A stretch of 64,000 nt of DNA, from NCBI GenBank assembly GCA_032027205.1, contig JAVSMN010000001.1:1439300-1503299 (forward strand), given 5' to 3'. Below, piece by piece: positions 19,017 to 28,771 of the stretch. Position numbers and translations under genes: made by a program. The notes under the pieces are model-generated. The model was not told the DNA's origin, made no database searches, and worked only from the letters and a program-made list of their open reading frames with translations. Origin of the DNA: Burkholderiaceae bacterium (lineage in GTDB: Bacteria; Pseudomonadota; Gammaproteobacteria; Burkholderiales; Burkholderiaceae_E). How positions within the stretch are numbered: the first letter of the stretch is position 1; every line of letters begins with the position of its first letter.

Positions 19017-20350
19017 CACCAACGCTCGAGGCGATCCGCGATTGCCTGGAAGGCGCCACACCGGCCCTGATCGCCACCTGCTCGTCCGACGGCACGCCGA
19101 ACATCAGCTACCTGTCGCACGTGCAGTACGTCGACCGCGAGCACGTCGCGCTGTCGTACCAGTTCTTCAACAAGACACGCGCGAACGTGCTGGCCAACCC
19201 GCGCGCCCGCCTGCTCGTCGTGCATCCGCGCACCGGCGCGATCTACCGGCTCACGCTCGAGTACCTACGCACCGAGTCTTCGGGACCTCTGTTCGAGGGC
19301 ATGCGGGCGACGCTGGCCGGCATCGCGTCGCACAGCGGGATGGCCGGCGTTTTTCGCCTGCTGGGTTCGGACGTCTACCGCGTGCGCGCGATCGATCTGT
19401 CGCACTCGACGCCGGGCGCGGGCTTCGAGAGCCACAGTCGCCTGGCGGCGTTGCGCGGCGCCGTTGCCGACATCGTCGCGTGCCGCGAACTCGACCAGTT
19501 GTTCTCGACGACACTGCAGTCGGTGCACGATCGCTTCGACGTTTCGCATGCGATGCTGCTCCTCGTCGAGCGCGGCGCGCAGCGCCTGTACACGGTTGCG
19601 AGCCTCGGGTACCCGAACTCGGGCGTTGGCTCGGAGATCCCGATCGGTGCCGGAATCGTCGGCGTGGCAGTGCGCGAAGCGACGCCGATCCGCCTGTCGC
19701 GCGCCGCTTCGGCCTACGCCTACGGCCGCGCGATCCGCGAAGCGGCCGAGCGCGACGGCGGCAGCGCGGCGCTCGAGACCGAGATCCCTTTCCCCGGCCT
19801 CGAACGCCCGGGCAGCCAGCTCGCCGTGCCGATCCCGATGGCCGGCGACGTGGTCGGCGCGCTGCTCGTCGAGAGCGAGGACGAGCGACGCTTCGACCAT
19901 GAAGACGAGGATGCGCTGACGACCTTCGCCGCACTCCTCGGGCAGGCAATGTACGCGCTGCAGCACCCCGACGAGCCCCCGGTGCCGGAGGAGCACGCTT
20001 CGGTGCGACGCAACCAGGCACACGGTCCACCGCTGCGCGTGCGTCATTACACCGCCGACCACAGCGTGTTCCTCGACGGCGAGTACCTGATCAAGGGCGT
20101 CGCGGGGGCGGTGTTCTGGGCGATCGTCTGCGACCACGCGAACGAAGGCCGCACCAGCTTCAGCAACCGGGAGCTGCGCCTCGATCCGCGCATCCGCCTG
20201 CCCGACCTCGCCGACAACCTGGAGGCGCGCCTCGTGCTGCTGCAACGACGGCTCGCCGACCGCTGCGATTCGATCGGACTGCACAAGACCGGACGCGGTC
20301 GCTTCGCGCTGTCGGTGAAGCGGCCGCTCAAGCTCGAAGAAGCGGGCTGA
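19013..20350 (+). CDS. PNPOx-like domain plus GAF domain protein with an unassigned ~110-aa C-terminal domain
   Basis: [35 protein letters not shown].. (PNPOx-like N-terminus). The central region ..[35 protein letters not shown].. is GAF-like. Confidence 0.65.
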   Translation: [445 protein letters not shown]

Positions 20351-20391
20351 GCGGGAGCAGCGCTACCCGCGGGCCTCACGCGCCCGTCGCT

Positions 20392-21081
20392 TCATGCCGC
20401 GCGCGCCAGCACGTTCGTCCCGGTTCGAGAGGCGGCCAATCGATCGTGCTCGCGCGGGCCCAGCTGCCGGCCGACGGCGTCGAGTGCGAGCTCGACCAAC
20501 TCCGGCGGCGCCTCCGGCGGCAACAGCGCAATGCGCTCCGGGTGCGACACTGCCGGGAACATCCAGCCGACGAACCGCGCCATCGTCTGCGGCTCGATCG
20601 AGGCGACGATCGCCTGCTCGATCGCGACCAGTTCGTCGTCGTCGTAGCGCTCCCACAACGCCGGCATGTTGTGCGTCTCCTCGTGGTGCATGTGCACGAA
20701 GTTCTCGGCGACGTACAGTGCCAGCTGCCGGTATAGCTGCAGCGCCTGGTCGGCGCGCTCGGCCGGCGCCGATCGTTCGAGCGCCCGCAGGCCCGCGCGC
20801 AGCGATTCGATCTCGTGCTCGTGCTCGACGTGCTCGCGCGCGCTGCGCTCGGCCGCGTCCGAGCAGCGCGCGGCGAGCGCCGGATGCACGAACCGGTTCT
20901 CGTCCTCGAGATGCACCGCGGCCAGGTCGAGCATCGAACGCACGCTTTCGATCGCTTCGGCGCACTCCTCGTCATCGGCGGCGTCCATCCGGCCGAAGCG
21001 CACGAGCGCATCGGTCATGCACAAGCGCATCGTCTTGTGGATGACTGCGTACAGGTCGTGGCGGGGGGCAGAGCGATTCAT
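20392..21081 (-). CDS. Hemerythrin-like (HHE cation-binding) domain protein
   Basis: 229 aa. Shows H-x3-E-type motifs (HLEDENRFVHP, HVEHEHEIE, HMHHEETH). Confidence 0.7.
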   Translation of the reverse strand: MNRSAPRHDLYAVIHKTMRLCMTDALVRFGRMDAADDEECAEAIESVRSMLDLAAVHLEDENRFVHPALAARCSDAAERSAREHVEHEHEIESLRAGLRALERSAPAERADQALQLYRQLALYVAENFVHMHHEETHNMPALWERYDDDELVAIEQAIVASIEPQTMARFVGWMFPAVSHPERIALLPPEAPPELVELALDAVGRQLGPREHDRLAASRTGTNVLARAA

Positions 21082-21201
21082 CGAGACATCCTTTTGTCGG
21101 TCGGCGCCTGCGAAGGCGAAGCGCGAAGTCTAGGAAGCGTCACCGACACGCGTTGCGAAGATTCCACTCAGGAATTCCTAAAAGTTCCTTACCCTTGACG
21201 A

Positions 21202-21876
21202 ATGGACGCCGCTCCGCAGACCCGCAGCACCTATCGTCATGGCGACCTTCGTCGCGCGCTCATCGCCGCCGGCATCGAGTTGGCGCGCGCCGGAGGCCCC
21301 CAGGCCGTCGTGCTGCGCGAGGCGACCCGCCGCGCCGGCGTGGTGCCGAATGCCGCCTACCGGCATTTCGAGAGCCGGCTCGATCTTCTCGCCGCCGTTC
21401 GCTCCGCTGCCATTGCCCGGGTGGCCGTCGCGATGGAGAAGGAATTCGCGCGCGCGCAGCGAAGGATGCGACCGACCGGGACGAAGGAAGACGATCGTCG
21501 CGTGGCGCGCGAGAGCCTGCGCGCGGTCGGCATCGGCTACCTGCGCTTCGCGCACGACGAGCCGGGGCTCTTTCGCACTGCTTTCGCATCCGCCACCGCC
21601 GCAATCGATGCGCCGACCGGGCATCGCAGCGCCGATCCCGAGCGCGCGGGTTCGAGCGGCCGCAACCCGTTCCAGTTGCTTGGCGACGCACTCGACCGCT
21701 ACGTCGACGCCGGCTTGCTGCCGCCGGAGCGCCGACCGGGCGCGGAGTACCTCGCGTGGTCAGCGGTGCACGGCCTGGCGATGCTCGCACTCGACGGACC
21801 GCTGCGCGGCACGCCTCGCCGCCAGCTCGACGCGCTGGGCGAGCGGATTGTCGAGACGGTCGAACGCGGACTCTGA
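21202..21876 (+). CDS. TetR/AcrR-family transcriptional regulator
   Basis: N-terminal HTH region ..YRHGDLRRALIAAGIELARAGGPQAVVLREATRRAGVVPNAAYRHF.. Confidence 0.85.
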   Translation: MDAAPQTRSTYRHGDLRRALIAAGIELARAGGPQAVVLREATRRAGVVPNAAYRHFESRLDLLAAVRSAAIARVAVAMEKEFARAQRRMRPTGTKEDDRRVARESLRAVGIGYLRFAHDEPGLFRTAFASATAAIDAPTGHRSADPERAGSSGRNPFQLLGDALDRYVDAGLLPPERRPGAEYLAWSAVHGLAMLALDGPLRGTPRRQLDALGERIVETVERGL

Positions 21877-22001
21877 ACGTCGGGCTCCGGTCCCCGCGCG
21901 GAGCAGCCGCGCGGCAAATTCCGGCGCTCGCGCTTCGCTGCGCGCGCCAAGCCACGCTCCTCAGGTAGCATCGTCCGGATCGGTCGAAGAAGGAGAATGC
22001 A

Positions 22002-22397
22002 ATGAACGGTTTCGTCGGCGACATCGAAGACCTCACGGAGGACAACACCGACTTCCGCCGCGTCCTCTACACCGGCAAGCACATGCAGCTCGTGCTGATG
22101 TCGCTCGCGCCCGGCGAGGAGATCGGCGAGGAAGTGCACGACGATAGCGACCAGTTCTTCCGCGTCGAGGAAGGCAGCGGCGAGATCATCATCGACGGCA
22201 AGGTGAACCCGGTCGAGGACGACATCGCGGTCATCGTGCCGGCCGGCGCGCGCCACAACGTGCGCAACACCGGCGACGAGCCGTTGCGCCTGTACACGAT
22301 CTACTCGCCGCCCGAGCACATCGACGCAACCGTCCACGCAACGAAGGCCGAAGCCGACGCTTCGCACGAGCACTTCGACGGTCGGACCACCGAGTAG
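22002..22397 (+). CDS. Cupin-domain protein
   Basis: 131 aa with cupin motifs ..GEEIGEEVHDDSDQFFRVEEG.. and ..VPAGARHNVRNTG.. Confidence 0.8.
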   Translation: MNGFVGDIEDLTEDNTDFRRVLYTGKHMQLVLMSLAPGEEIGEEVHDDSDQFFRVEEGSGEIIIDGKVNPVEDDIAVIVPAGARHNVRNTGDEPLRLYTIYSPPEHIDATVHATKAEADASHEHFDGRTTE

Positions 22398-22460
22398 CGT
22401 GAACGCGCGCGAAGACGAGAGCGCCAGGCGCCGCCGGCGAGCGCCTCGCGCGCTTGCGGC

Positions 22461-23699
22461 ATGACCGCGCCCATCGTCGTCTTCGGCGCCTTCGACCGGC
22501 ACAACCTCGGCGACCTGCTGTTCGCGCACGTCGCCGAAGCGCTTCTCGGCGAAAGCGAATGCGTATTCGCCGGCCTGGCCGATCGGGACCTGCGCCCGTA
22601 CGGCGGCCACCGCGTCTACGCCCTCGGCGCCGCCGTCCGGGAAGCGCGCGGCGAACAGGGCGGCCGCATCGCACTACTCCATGCCGGCGGCGAGATTCTC
22701 AGCTGCGACGCCTGGCAGGCCGCGGTGATGCTGCTCGAACCGCACGAGGCCGAACGGATCGTCGCCCGGCTCGCTGCGCAGCCGCGCGAACGCGAACGCT
22801 GGGCGCGCCAAGCGCTCGGCCCCGCGCTCGGCGTGGCGCCGACCGACGTGCCGCGCGCGCCCTACGTCGTCTCGCGCGCGTCGCAACCCGAACTGGGAAC
22901 CGTCGTTTTCGATGCGGTCGGCGGCGTCGACCTGCACGCATGCGACGAAGCGTTGCGCGCCGAAGTATCGGAGGCCCTTCGCAGCGCGGACCACCTGAGC
23001 GTGCGGGACGAGGTCACGCACGCGCAATTGCGTGGAAGGGGCCTCGACCCGACTCTGATCCCCGATCCGGCAGTGCTGGTCGCGCAGCTGTTCGGGCAAG
23101 AGATCCGGAGTCGGTCAGACGAATCGCAGGAGCTCGCGCGCGTGCGCGACGCCTTCCCCGCCGGCTGGGTCGCGACGCAGTTCAGCGCCGATTTCGGCGA
23201 CGACGAGACGCTCGAGTCCATCGCCGCACAACTCGACGGCGTGCATGCGGATACCGGCCTGGGCTTCGCGCTCTTTCGTGCCGGAGCCGCCCCATGGCAC
23301 GACTCCCTCGACGTGCTCGACGCCCTGGTATCGCGCATGCGCACGAAGGCCCTCGTGTTCGAGCCGATCCACCTGTGGGACATCTGCGCGCTGATTGCCG
23401 GCAGCCGCGGCTTCTGCGGCAGCAGCCTTCATGGACGCATCGTCGCGTCGGCCTTCGGCCTTGCGCGCGTGAACGTCTCGCATCCGTCGACGCGGACCGA
23501 GACCACCAAGCAGCATGCGTACGCAACAACCTGGGAGCGCGAAGCGCAACCCGGCGTGGTTTCGCTGCCGGCGCTCGGCGCCGGTCTTCGCGCGGCACTG
23601 GCAGTCGACCGCGGCACACGAGAACGTGACGCGCAAGCGCTCGCTTCGTTGTATAGCGAGCGCTTCGCGTCGATCCGTGCAGCGCTGGTAAGCCGATGA
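22461..23699 (+). CDS. Polysaccharide pyruvyl transferase-family protein
   Basis: 412 aa. N-terminal ..VVFGAFDRHNLGDLLFAHV.. and ..SVRDEVT.. are characteristic of the PS_pyruv_trans family, as I recall it. Confidence 0.65.
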   Translation: MTAPIVVFGAFDRHNLGDLLFAHVAEALLGESECVFAGLADRDLRPYGGHRVYALGAAVREARGEQGGRIALLHAGGEILSCDAWQAAVMLLEPHEAERIVARLAAQPRERERWARQALGPALGVAPTDVPRAPYVVSRASQPELGTVVFDAVGGVDLHACDEALRAEVSEALRSADHLSVRDEVTHAQLRGRGLDPTLIPDPAVLVAQLFGQEIRSRSDESQELARVRDAFPAGWVATQFSADFGDDETLESIAAQLDGVHADTGLGFALFRAGAAPWHDSLDVLDALVSRMRTKALVFEPIHLWDICALIAGSRGFCGSSLHGRIVASAFGLARVNVSHPSTRTETTKQHAYATTWEREAQPGVVSLPALGAGLRAALAVDRGTRERDAQALASLYSERFASIRAALVSR

Positions 23700-23794
23700 A
23701 TGTCCCGGCCTCGGTCTCGCCCCGCGGAAAGCGCGTGCCTGGACAAGCGCCCGGACTAGCGCGTCTCGAACCCGATGTGTACAAGTCCCCGACC

Positions 23795-24283
23795 ATGAAA
23801 CACGCCCGCACCCGCCGCTCGCTGATCGGCCTGCTGTTCCTCGCTCCGCTCGCCCCGCTCGCCGCCGCCCGCACGACGTCGCCCTGGGGCAGTGCCGACG
23901 AGATCGAGCGCCACTACGCGCCGGCCAAAGCCGTCTACGACGTCGACGCCCGCAACGCGGCCACGCTCGCCCGCGTGCTCGATCGCATCAGCTACCTGAA
24001 CAAAGTCTACGAAGCGAACCCCTTCGAGTCGGCGATCGTCGTCGTCGTGCACGGCGAAGCGATTCCACTGTTCGGCATCCGCGACCTCGATCGCTACCGC
24101 GCGGTGATGGAGCGTGCGCAAAGCCTGACGCAGAGCGGGCCGATCGAATTCCGCGTCTGCCGCGCCGATGCGGCGATGCGCGGCTACGCCGCTTCGGACA
24201 TCCACGGCTTCGCGCGCATGGTGCCGATGGCCGACGCCGAAATCGTCCGCCTGCAGGGCGAGGGGTACGCCTACATGCGCTGA
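23795..24283 (+). CDS. DsrE/DsrF-like family protein, secreted
   Basis: Trimmed to MKHARTRRSLIGLLFLAPLAPLAAA (signal peptide). The remainder (..AVYDVDARNAATLARVLDRISYL..VVVVHGEAI..) resembles DsrE-like proteins. Confidence 0.55.
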   Translation: MKHARTRRSLIGLLFLAPLAPLAAARTTSPWGSADEIERHYAPAKAVYDVDARNAATLARVLDRISYLNKVYEANPFESAIVVVVHGEAIPLFGIRDLDRYRAVMERAQSLTQSGPIEFRVCRADAAMRGYAASDIHGFARMVPMADAEIVRLQGEGYAYMR

Positions 24284-24287
24284 TGCC

Positions 24288-24650
24288 ATGAACCGCAAGC
24301 TCGTCGCCCTCCTGAGCGCGCTGTCGACTTTCGTCGTCGTGCTCGTCGCCTTCAATCTCGCACTGGGCAACAAGCAGATCGACGCGCCGCTCGAGCATCG
24401 CTACACGGTCTCCGACGCGCAGTTCCCGCGCGCGATGAGCTCGGTTCTCACGCCCTCGCTCGTCGGCGGCAATCGCATCGAGGCGCTGATCAACGGCGCC
24501 GAGATTTTCCCGGCGATGCTCGCGGCGATCCGCTCCGCACGCGAGTCGATCACGCTCGAAACGTACATCTACTGGTCGGGCACGATCGGTACAACCTGGC
24601 GCAACTGAACAACCGCACACATCGAAAGCTGCTCGCCATCGAATGGAATG
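24288..24650 (+). pseudogene. Phospholipase D / cardiolipin synthase-family gene remnant (internal deletion, frameshift, 3' truncation)
   Basis: Frame 1: MNRKLVALLSALSTFVVVLVAF..GGNRIEALINGAEIFPAMLAAIRSARESITLETYIYWSGTIG, then stop. From 24590 in another frame: YNLAQLNNRTHRKLL (first HKD motif), followed by non-homologous sequence. No second HKD motif. Confidence 0.6.
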
Positions 24651-24788
24651 GCGCGCGCGTTCGGCGTGGGATCGGGCGCTCGACCTCGCGGCCAGCGTAT
24701 TCAGCTCACAGCTCTAGTACGCGTACCCGTTTGGGGGCGCAAAAACGGCCTGAACGCAAAACGAAATAACTCTCACCTCCGCTCCAGA

Positions 24789-24802
24789 TTGATTCCAATC
24801 AA
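24789..24802. promoter_or_regulatory. Perfect FNR/Anr-type box TTGAT-N4-ATCAA
   Basis: Read directly as TTGATTCCAATCAA, 125 nt upstream of the ATG of the first cytochrome gene, in the lowest-GC stretch of the spacer. Confidence 0.6.
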
Positions 24803-24926
24803 GAAACTTGCGGTTGAGTTGCCGCATCGCACTGCACAACGAGGCTTACACGCACGCAACTGATTGACGGACCTTCCAACGGCGATAACCATCGGGTCAA
24901 GTAGGCCAATCCCGTGTGGAGTCGAG

Positions 24927-25253
24927 ATGTTCCAGAAGGCATTGATCGCAGCAGCAGCCACCCTCGCCCTCATCAGCGTCAACGCAAACGCAGTCGACGA
25001 AGATTCTGCCAAGGCGTTGGCCAAGCAGAACAAGTGCACGAAGTGCCACTCGGTCGACAAGAAGAAGGACGGCCCGTCGTTCAAGGAAACGGCCGCCAAG
25101 TACAAGGGCAAGCCCGACGGCCCCGACAAGCTCTACACGCACCTCACGACAAGGCCGGAGATCGAGGTCGACGGCAAGAAAGAAGAGCACACGGCGGTCA
25201 AGGGCAGCGACGCCGACATCAAGAACCTGATCGCCTGGATCCTGTCGCAGTAG
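24927..25253 (+). CDS. Small soluble monohaem cytochrome c (c551/c552-like)
   Basis: Trimmed to MFQKALIAAAATLALISVNANA (signal peptide). Single CTKCH motif; 108 aa. Confidence 0.8.
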   Translation: MFQKALIAAAATLALISVNANAVDEDSAKALAKQNKCTKCHSVDKKKDGPSFKETAAKYKGKPDGPDKLYTHLTTRPEIEVDGKKEEHTAVKGSDADIKNLIAWILSQ

Positions 25254-25326
25254 CCGCGGCGCGGTCGCGCACACCGGTTCCGCTCCCTCCCCTCATTGCG
25301 TCGACCACCGCCCGGAGGCACTTGAC

Positions 25327-25974
25327 ATGTCCGCGCCACGTCGCTTCGGCTGGAAAGGCCTGATCGGGCTCGCCTTCGTGGCCGTGCTCGCCGGGGCCAC
25401 GCTCGTGGTGGGCGGTGCCGCCGGCCTGGCGTGGACGAGCACCGAGTCCTTCTGCATCGGCTGCCACGAGATGAAGGACAACGTCTACGCCGAATACAAG
25501 AACACGATCCACGACACCAACCATAGCGGCGTGCGCGCCATCTGCACCGACTGCCACGTGCCGCGCGAGGTCGGCCCGCTGCTGCTGCGCAAGGCGCAGG
25601 CGTCGATGGAGGTGTGGCAGCACCTGCTGGGCAAGATCGACACCCGCGAGAAGTTCCTCGAGCACCGCTCGGAGCTCGCGTCACACGTGTGGAAACGCAT
25701 GCTCGAGACCGACTCGCGCGAGTGCCGCAACTGCCACGTCGCGGCCAAGTTCAGCGAGGAACTGCAGTCGGAGAAGGCCTGGGCGCGGCACACGAAGGCG
25801 CGCAACGAAGGCTGGACGTGCATCGAATGCCATTACGGCATCGCCCACAACGAGCCCGAAGGCGACGGGCCCGTCGAACTGCGGGCGAAGCTGAACCTTC
25901 CGCGCAAGCCTGCGGGCGCGGCGAGCGCGGCGGCGAAGGATCCCGCACCGGTGGGAATGAACCGCGAGCGTTGA
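25327..25974 (+). CDS. cymA: NapC/NirT/CymA-family membrane-anchored tetrahaem quinol dehydrogenase
   Basis: 215 aa with an N-terminal TM helix and four CxxCH motifs (CIGCH, CTDCH, CRNCH, CIECH). Confidence 0.85.
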   Translation: MSAPRRFGWKGLIGLAFVAVLAGATLVVGGAAGLAWTSTESFCIGCHEMKDNVYAEYKNTIHDTNHSGVRAICTDCHVPREVGPLLLRKAQASMEVWQHLLGKIDTREKFLEHRSELASHVWKRMLETDSRECRNCHVAAKFSEELQSEKAWARHTKARNEGWTCIECHYGIAHNEPEGDGPVELRAKLNLPRKPAGAASAAAKDPAPVGMNRER

Positions 25975-26092
25975 CGGCAACCGCGCGAATCGCGACGTCG
26001 CCACGAACACGAATACCGGCAGCAACAACCACAGCAGCATCCGCAACGGTTTCGAACTGCGAACGGGCAAGGGTCCCGTCGGGGGAGTCGAC

Positions 26093-28750
26093 ATGAAGAG
26101 CTCTTGTTTCCGCTTGGTCGCGGCGTCCCTGCTGACTCTCGTCATCGCCGGTTGCGGCGGAGGAGGCGGCAGCGATAACGGAGCGGCCCCCCCGCCGGCC
26201 CCCGAGTCGGTGCAGGGCATGATCGCGGCAGCCGCGGCCGACAAGGCCAACGATTCGTCGACGAATCCGGCTGCGTCGCTCGCCGTCGTTCAGAAGGCCG
26301 GCGTGCCGGCAGTCGTCGTGGGCCAGCCGACGAAGGTCAACTTCTCGGTGTTCTCCGACGGCGGCATCGTCAAGTCGCTGAAGCTGACCAACGTCAGCTT
26401 CGTCATCGCCAAGCTCATTCCGGGCGTGAACGGCGAGATCGACCGGTGGGTCAACTACGTGTACCGCACCGAGACGCCCCCGGCCGGCGCTGGTCCGGGC
26501 GGCGTACCGGTAATGGCGAAGGCGACGCAGGCGACGACCGATCCGAAACCGGCCGCCATGGCCGCCACGCAGCTCGTCTACAACGACGACGGCTACTACA
26601 CGTACACCTTCTCCACCGACATCACCGACCCGACGAAGACGAACGGCGTGGTCTTCGAGCCGAATCGCACGCACCGCGTCGTGATCCAGCTGAGCTATCT
26701 CGACGGCAAGGGTCGCCAGGTGCTGGTGAACCCGTCGATCGACTTCACCGTCGACGCCAACGGCAACGCGCTGCCGATCACCGACCCGCTGCAGACTCGC
26801 AAGATGGTCGACATGAACACCTGCAACGGCTGCCACTCGAAGCTGTCGCTGCACGGCGGCGGACGCGTCGACACGCAGTACTGCGTGACCTGCCACAACG
26901 CGGGCACCACCGACGCCAACAGCGGAAACCCCGTCACCTTCATGACGATGGTCCACAAGATCCACGCGGGCCGCTTCCTGGCCAAGGCTCTCGGTGGCGA
27001 GCACTACACGATCTGGGGCTTCAACAACACGGCCTTCGACTTCTCGGAGGTCGGCTTCCCGCAGGACCTGCGCAACTGCAGCACCTGCCATACCGGCGCC
27101 AACCCGGCGACGCCGCAGGGCGACAACTGGAAGACGCGCATCAGCAAGGAAGCGTGCCTGACGTGCCACGCGAGCGCCGTCGGTTCCAAGTGGGAGACCA
27201 GACATGCACCGATCGCGGTGACTCGCCTCGGCGCCGGCGCGGCCGCAACCGCACTGCCGAATGCCGAGTGCCTGACCTGCCACATCCCGGGCTCACGCAT
27301 CGGGTCGGACGTCGTGCACTGGGCGCAGGTCCAGCAGAACAGTGCGAAGTACAAGATGAACATCGTGAGCGCCACGCTCACCAACACGCCGACGACGACC
27401 ACCACCGGAACGACGACGGTGACGACCACACGCAGTGTCCAGGTCGTGTACTTCCTCTCGGATCCGACGAACGCTAACGCGGCGTACGACCTTACCGAGG
27501 GTTGCACTGGCGCACCGCCGAACCTCTGCGCGACCACCAACCGTTTTGGCAACCTGCAGCTCCGCATCGCCTACCAGAACCTGGTCGGGCAGCCGACGTC
27601 CGCAACGGAGTTCACCGCGTACAACAACGGAGGCACGGCGGCAGTGGCGAGCGCCTGGGCGGGCGTCAACGACGGCAGCAACCGCTATACGGTGAACATC
27701 CCGCTGCCCGACGACACGGCAACGGCGGTCGCCGCAGGAACGGCGCGCGTGGTCAGCGTCGGCCAGGTCAAGGAAGCGAAGATCGACGTAAAGGACCCCG
27801 CGAAGAAGGCGCTGGACACCTTGCTTCCCGGAGTATTGAACGTCACGGTGCAGCACGCCTCGCAGGAATTCGCGATCAGCGGCCCGCTGAACCCCCGCCG
27901 CAAGATCGTTGCGACCGAGAAGTGCAATGTCTGCCACGGCTCGCTCGGCACGACCTCGGGCTCGAACACGCTGGCCAACGCGTTTCATGCGGGCGGACGC
28001 ACCACCGTCGAGGCCTGCGTGGTCTGCCACGACCCGAACCGGATGTCCGCAACCGTGATGACTAACGGCATCGCGATGAACGAGTCGTACCAGTTCAAGC
28101 GGATGATTCACGGCATCCACGGCAACGGAAAGCGCGTCTATCCGTTCACGGCGGGCAACCGCGTCTCGGGCCAGTTCAACGACCTCGGCGTGCTGCTCAC
28201 CGACGGCGTGTTCCTGGCCAACTACTCGGTGACGGTTGCCGGCGCACCAAAAGTCGTCGTTCCTGCCGGAACCATGGTGCCGGCCGGCGAGTCGTTCACG
28301 ACGATCACCAACCTGATCCAGACAAATGCGACGGCAGCCGGCTACACCGGCGCACCGATCGCCGTACCGACCAACTTCGCCGAGGAAGCTCCGTGGCCCG
28401 GCATGGGAACGACAACCGCGCGGAACTCCGGGGCGAACGCGCGCAACTGCACGGCCTGCCACGTCGACGACTCGCACCTGCTCGATCGCGGCCCGGTCGG
28501 CGCAGTGGTGTCGAAGCCAGCCGGCGAGCTCGATCCGAAGAAGTGGGGCGTGATCTCGCCGAAGGCCGCGACCTGCACGTCGTGCCACGACTCGAGCAAG
28601 GCGATCGGCCACGTCACGAGTTGGGGCTTCGGGTCCTACGGGAACGAGACACAGGCGCAAAGCGCGTGGGGCTCGAAGGAGATCTGCGCCGACTGCCACT
28701 CGCCCGGCGGCTTCAAGGCGGTGGACGTAGTGCACGGGCTGCTGCCGTAA
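26093..28750 (+). CDS. mtrC: OmcA/MtrC-family outer-surface decahaem lipoprotein cytochrome c
   Basis: 885 aa with lipobox LVIAGC. Ten CxxCH motifs begin at residues 244, 264, 329, 355, 392 and 611, 642, 786, 827, 865 (a 5+5 arrangement). The haem-free middle domain carries a CTGAPPNLC cysteine pair. Confidence 0.9.
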   Translation: MKSSCFRLVAASLLTLVIAGCGGGGGSDNGAAPPPAPESVQGMIAAAAADKANDSSTNPAASLAVVQKAGVPAVVVGQPTKVNFSVFSDGGIVKSLKLTNVSFVIAKLIPGVNGEIDRWVNYVYRTETPPAGAGPGGVPVMAKATQATTDPKPAAMAATQLVYNDDGYYTYTFSTDITDPTKTNGVVFEPNRTHRVVIQLSYLDGKGRQVLVNPSIDFTVDANGNALPITDPLQTRKMVDMNTCNGCHSKLSLHGGGRVDTQYCVTCHNAGTTDANSGNPVTFMTMVHKIHAGRFLAKALGGEHYTIWGFNNTAFDFSEVGFPQDLRNCSTCHTGANPATPQGDNWKTRISKEACLTCHASAVGSKWETRHAPIAVTRLGAGAAATALPNAECLTCHIPGSRIGSDVVHWAQVQQNSAKYKMNIVSATLTNTPTTTTTGTTTVTTTRSVQVVYFLSDPTNANAAYDLTEGCTGAPPNLCATTNRFGNLQLRIAYQNLVGQPTSATEFTAYNNGGTAAVASAWAGVNDGSNRYTVNIPLPDDTATAVAAGTARVVSVGQVKEAKIDVKDPAKKALDTLLPGVLNVTVQHASQEFAISGPLNPRRKIVATEKCNVCHGSLGTTSGSNTLANAFHAGGRTTVEACVVCHDPNRMSATVMTNGIAMNESYQFKRMIHGIHGNGKRVYPFTAGNRVSGQFNDLGVLLTDGVFLANYSVTVAGAPKVVVPAGTMVPAGESFTTITNLIQTNATAAGYTGAPIAVPTNFAEEAPWPGMGTTTARNSGANARNCTACHVDDSHLLDRGPVGAVVSKPAGELDPKKWGVISPKAATCTSCHDSSKAIGHVTSWGFGSYGNETQAQSAWGSKEICADCHSPGGFKAVDVVHGLLP

Positions 28751-28771
28751 GCGATCGGGGGAGCGTAGTCG

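Noticed and set aside
21165-21185. AGGAATTCCT palindrome in the hemerythrin/TetR divergent spacer, considered as a TetR operator.
   Set aside because: It is plausible, but a single 10-bp palindrome containing an EcoRI site is weak evidence on its own. Not annotated as a feature.
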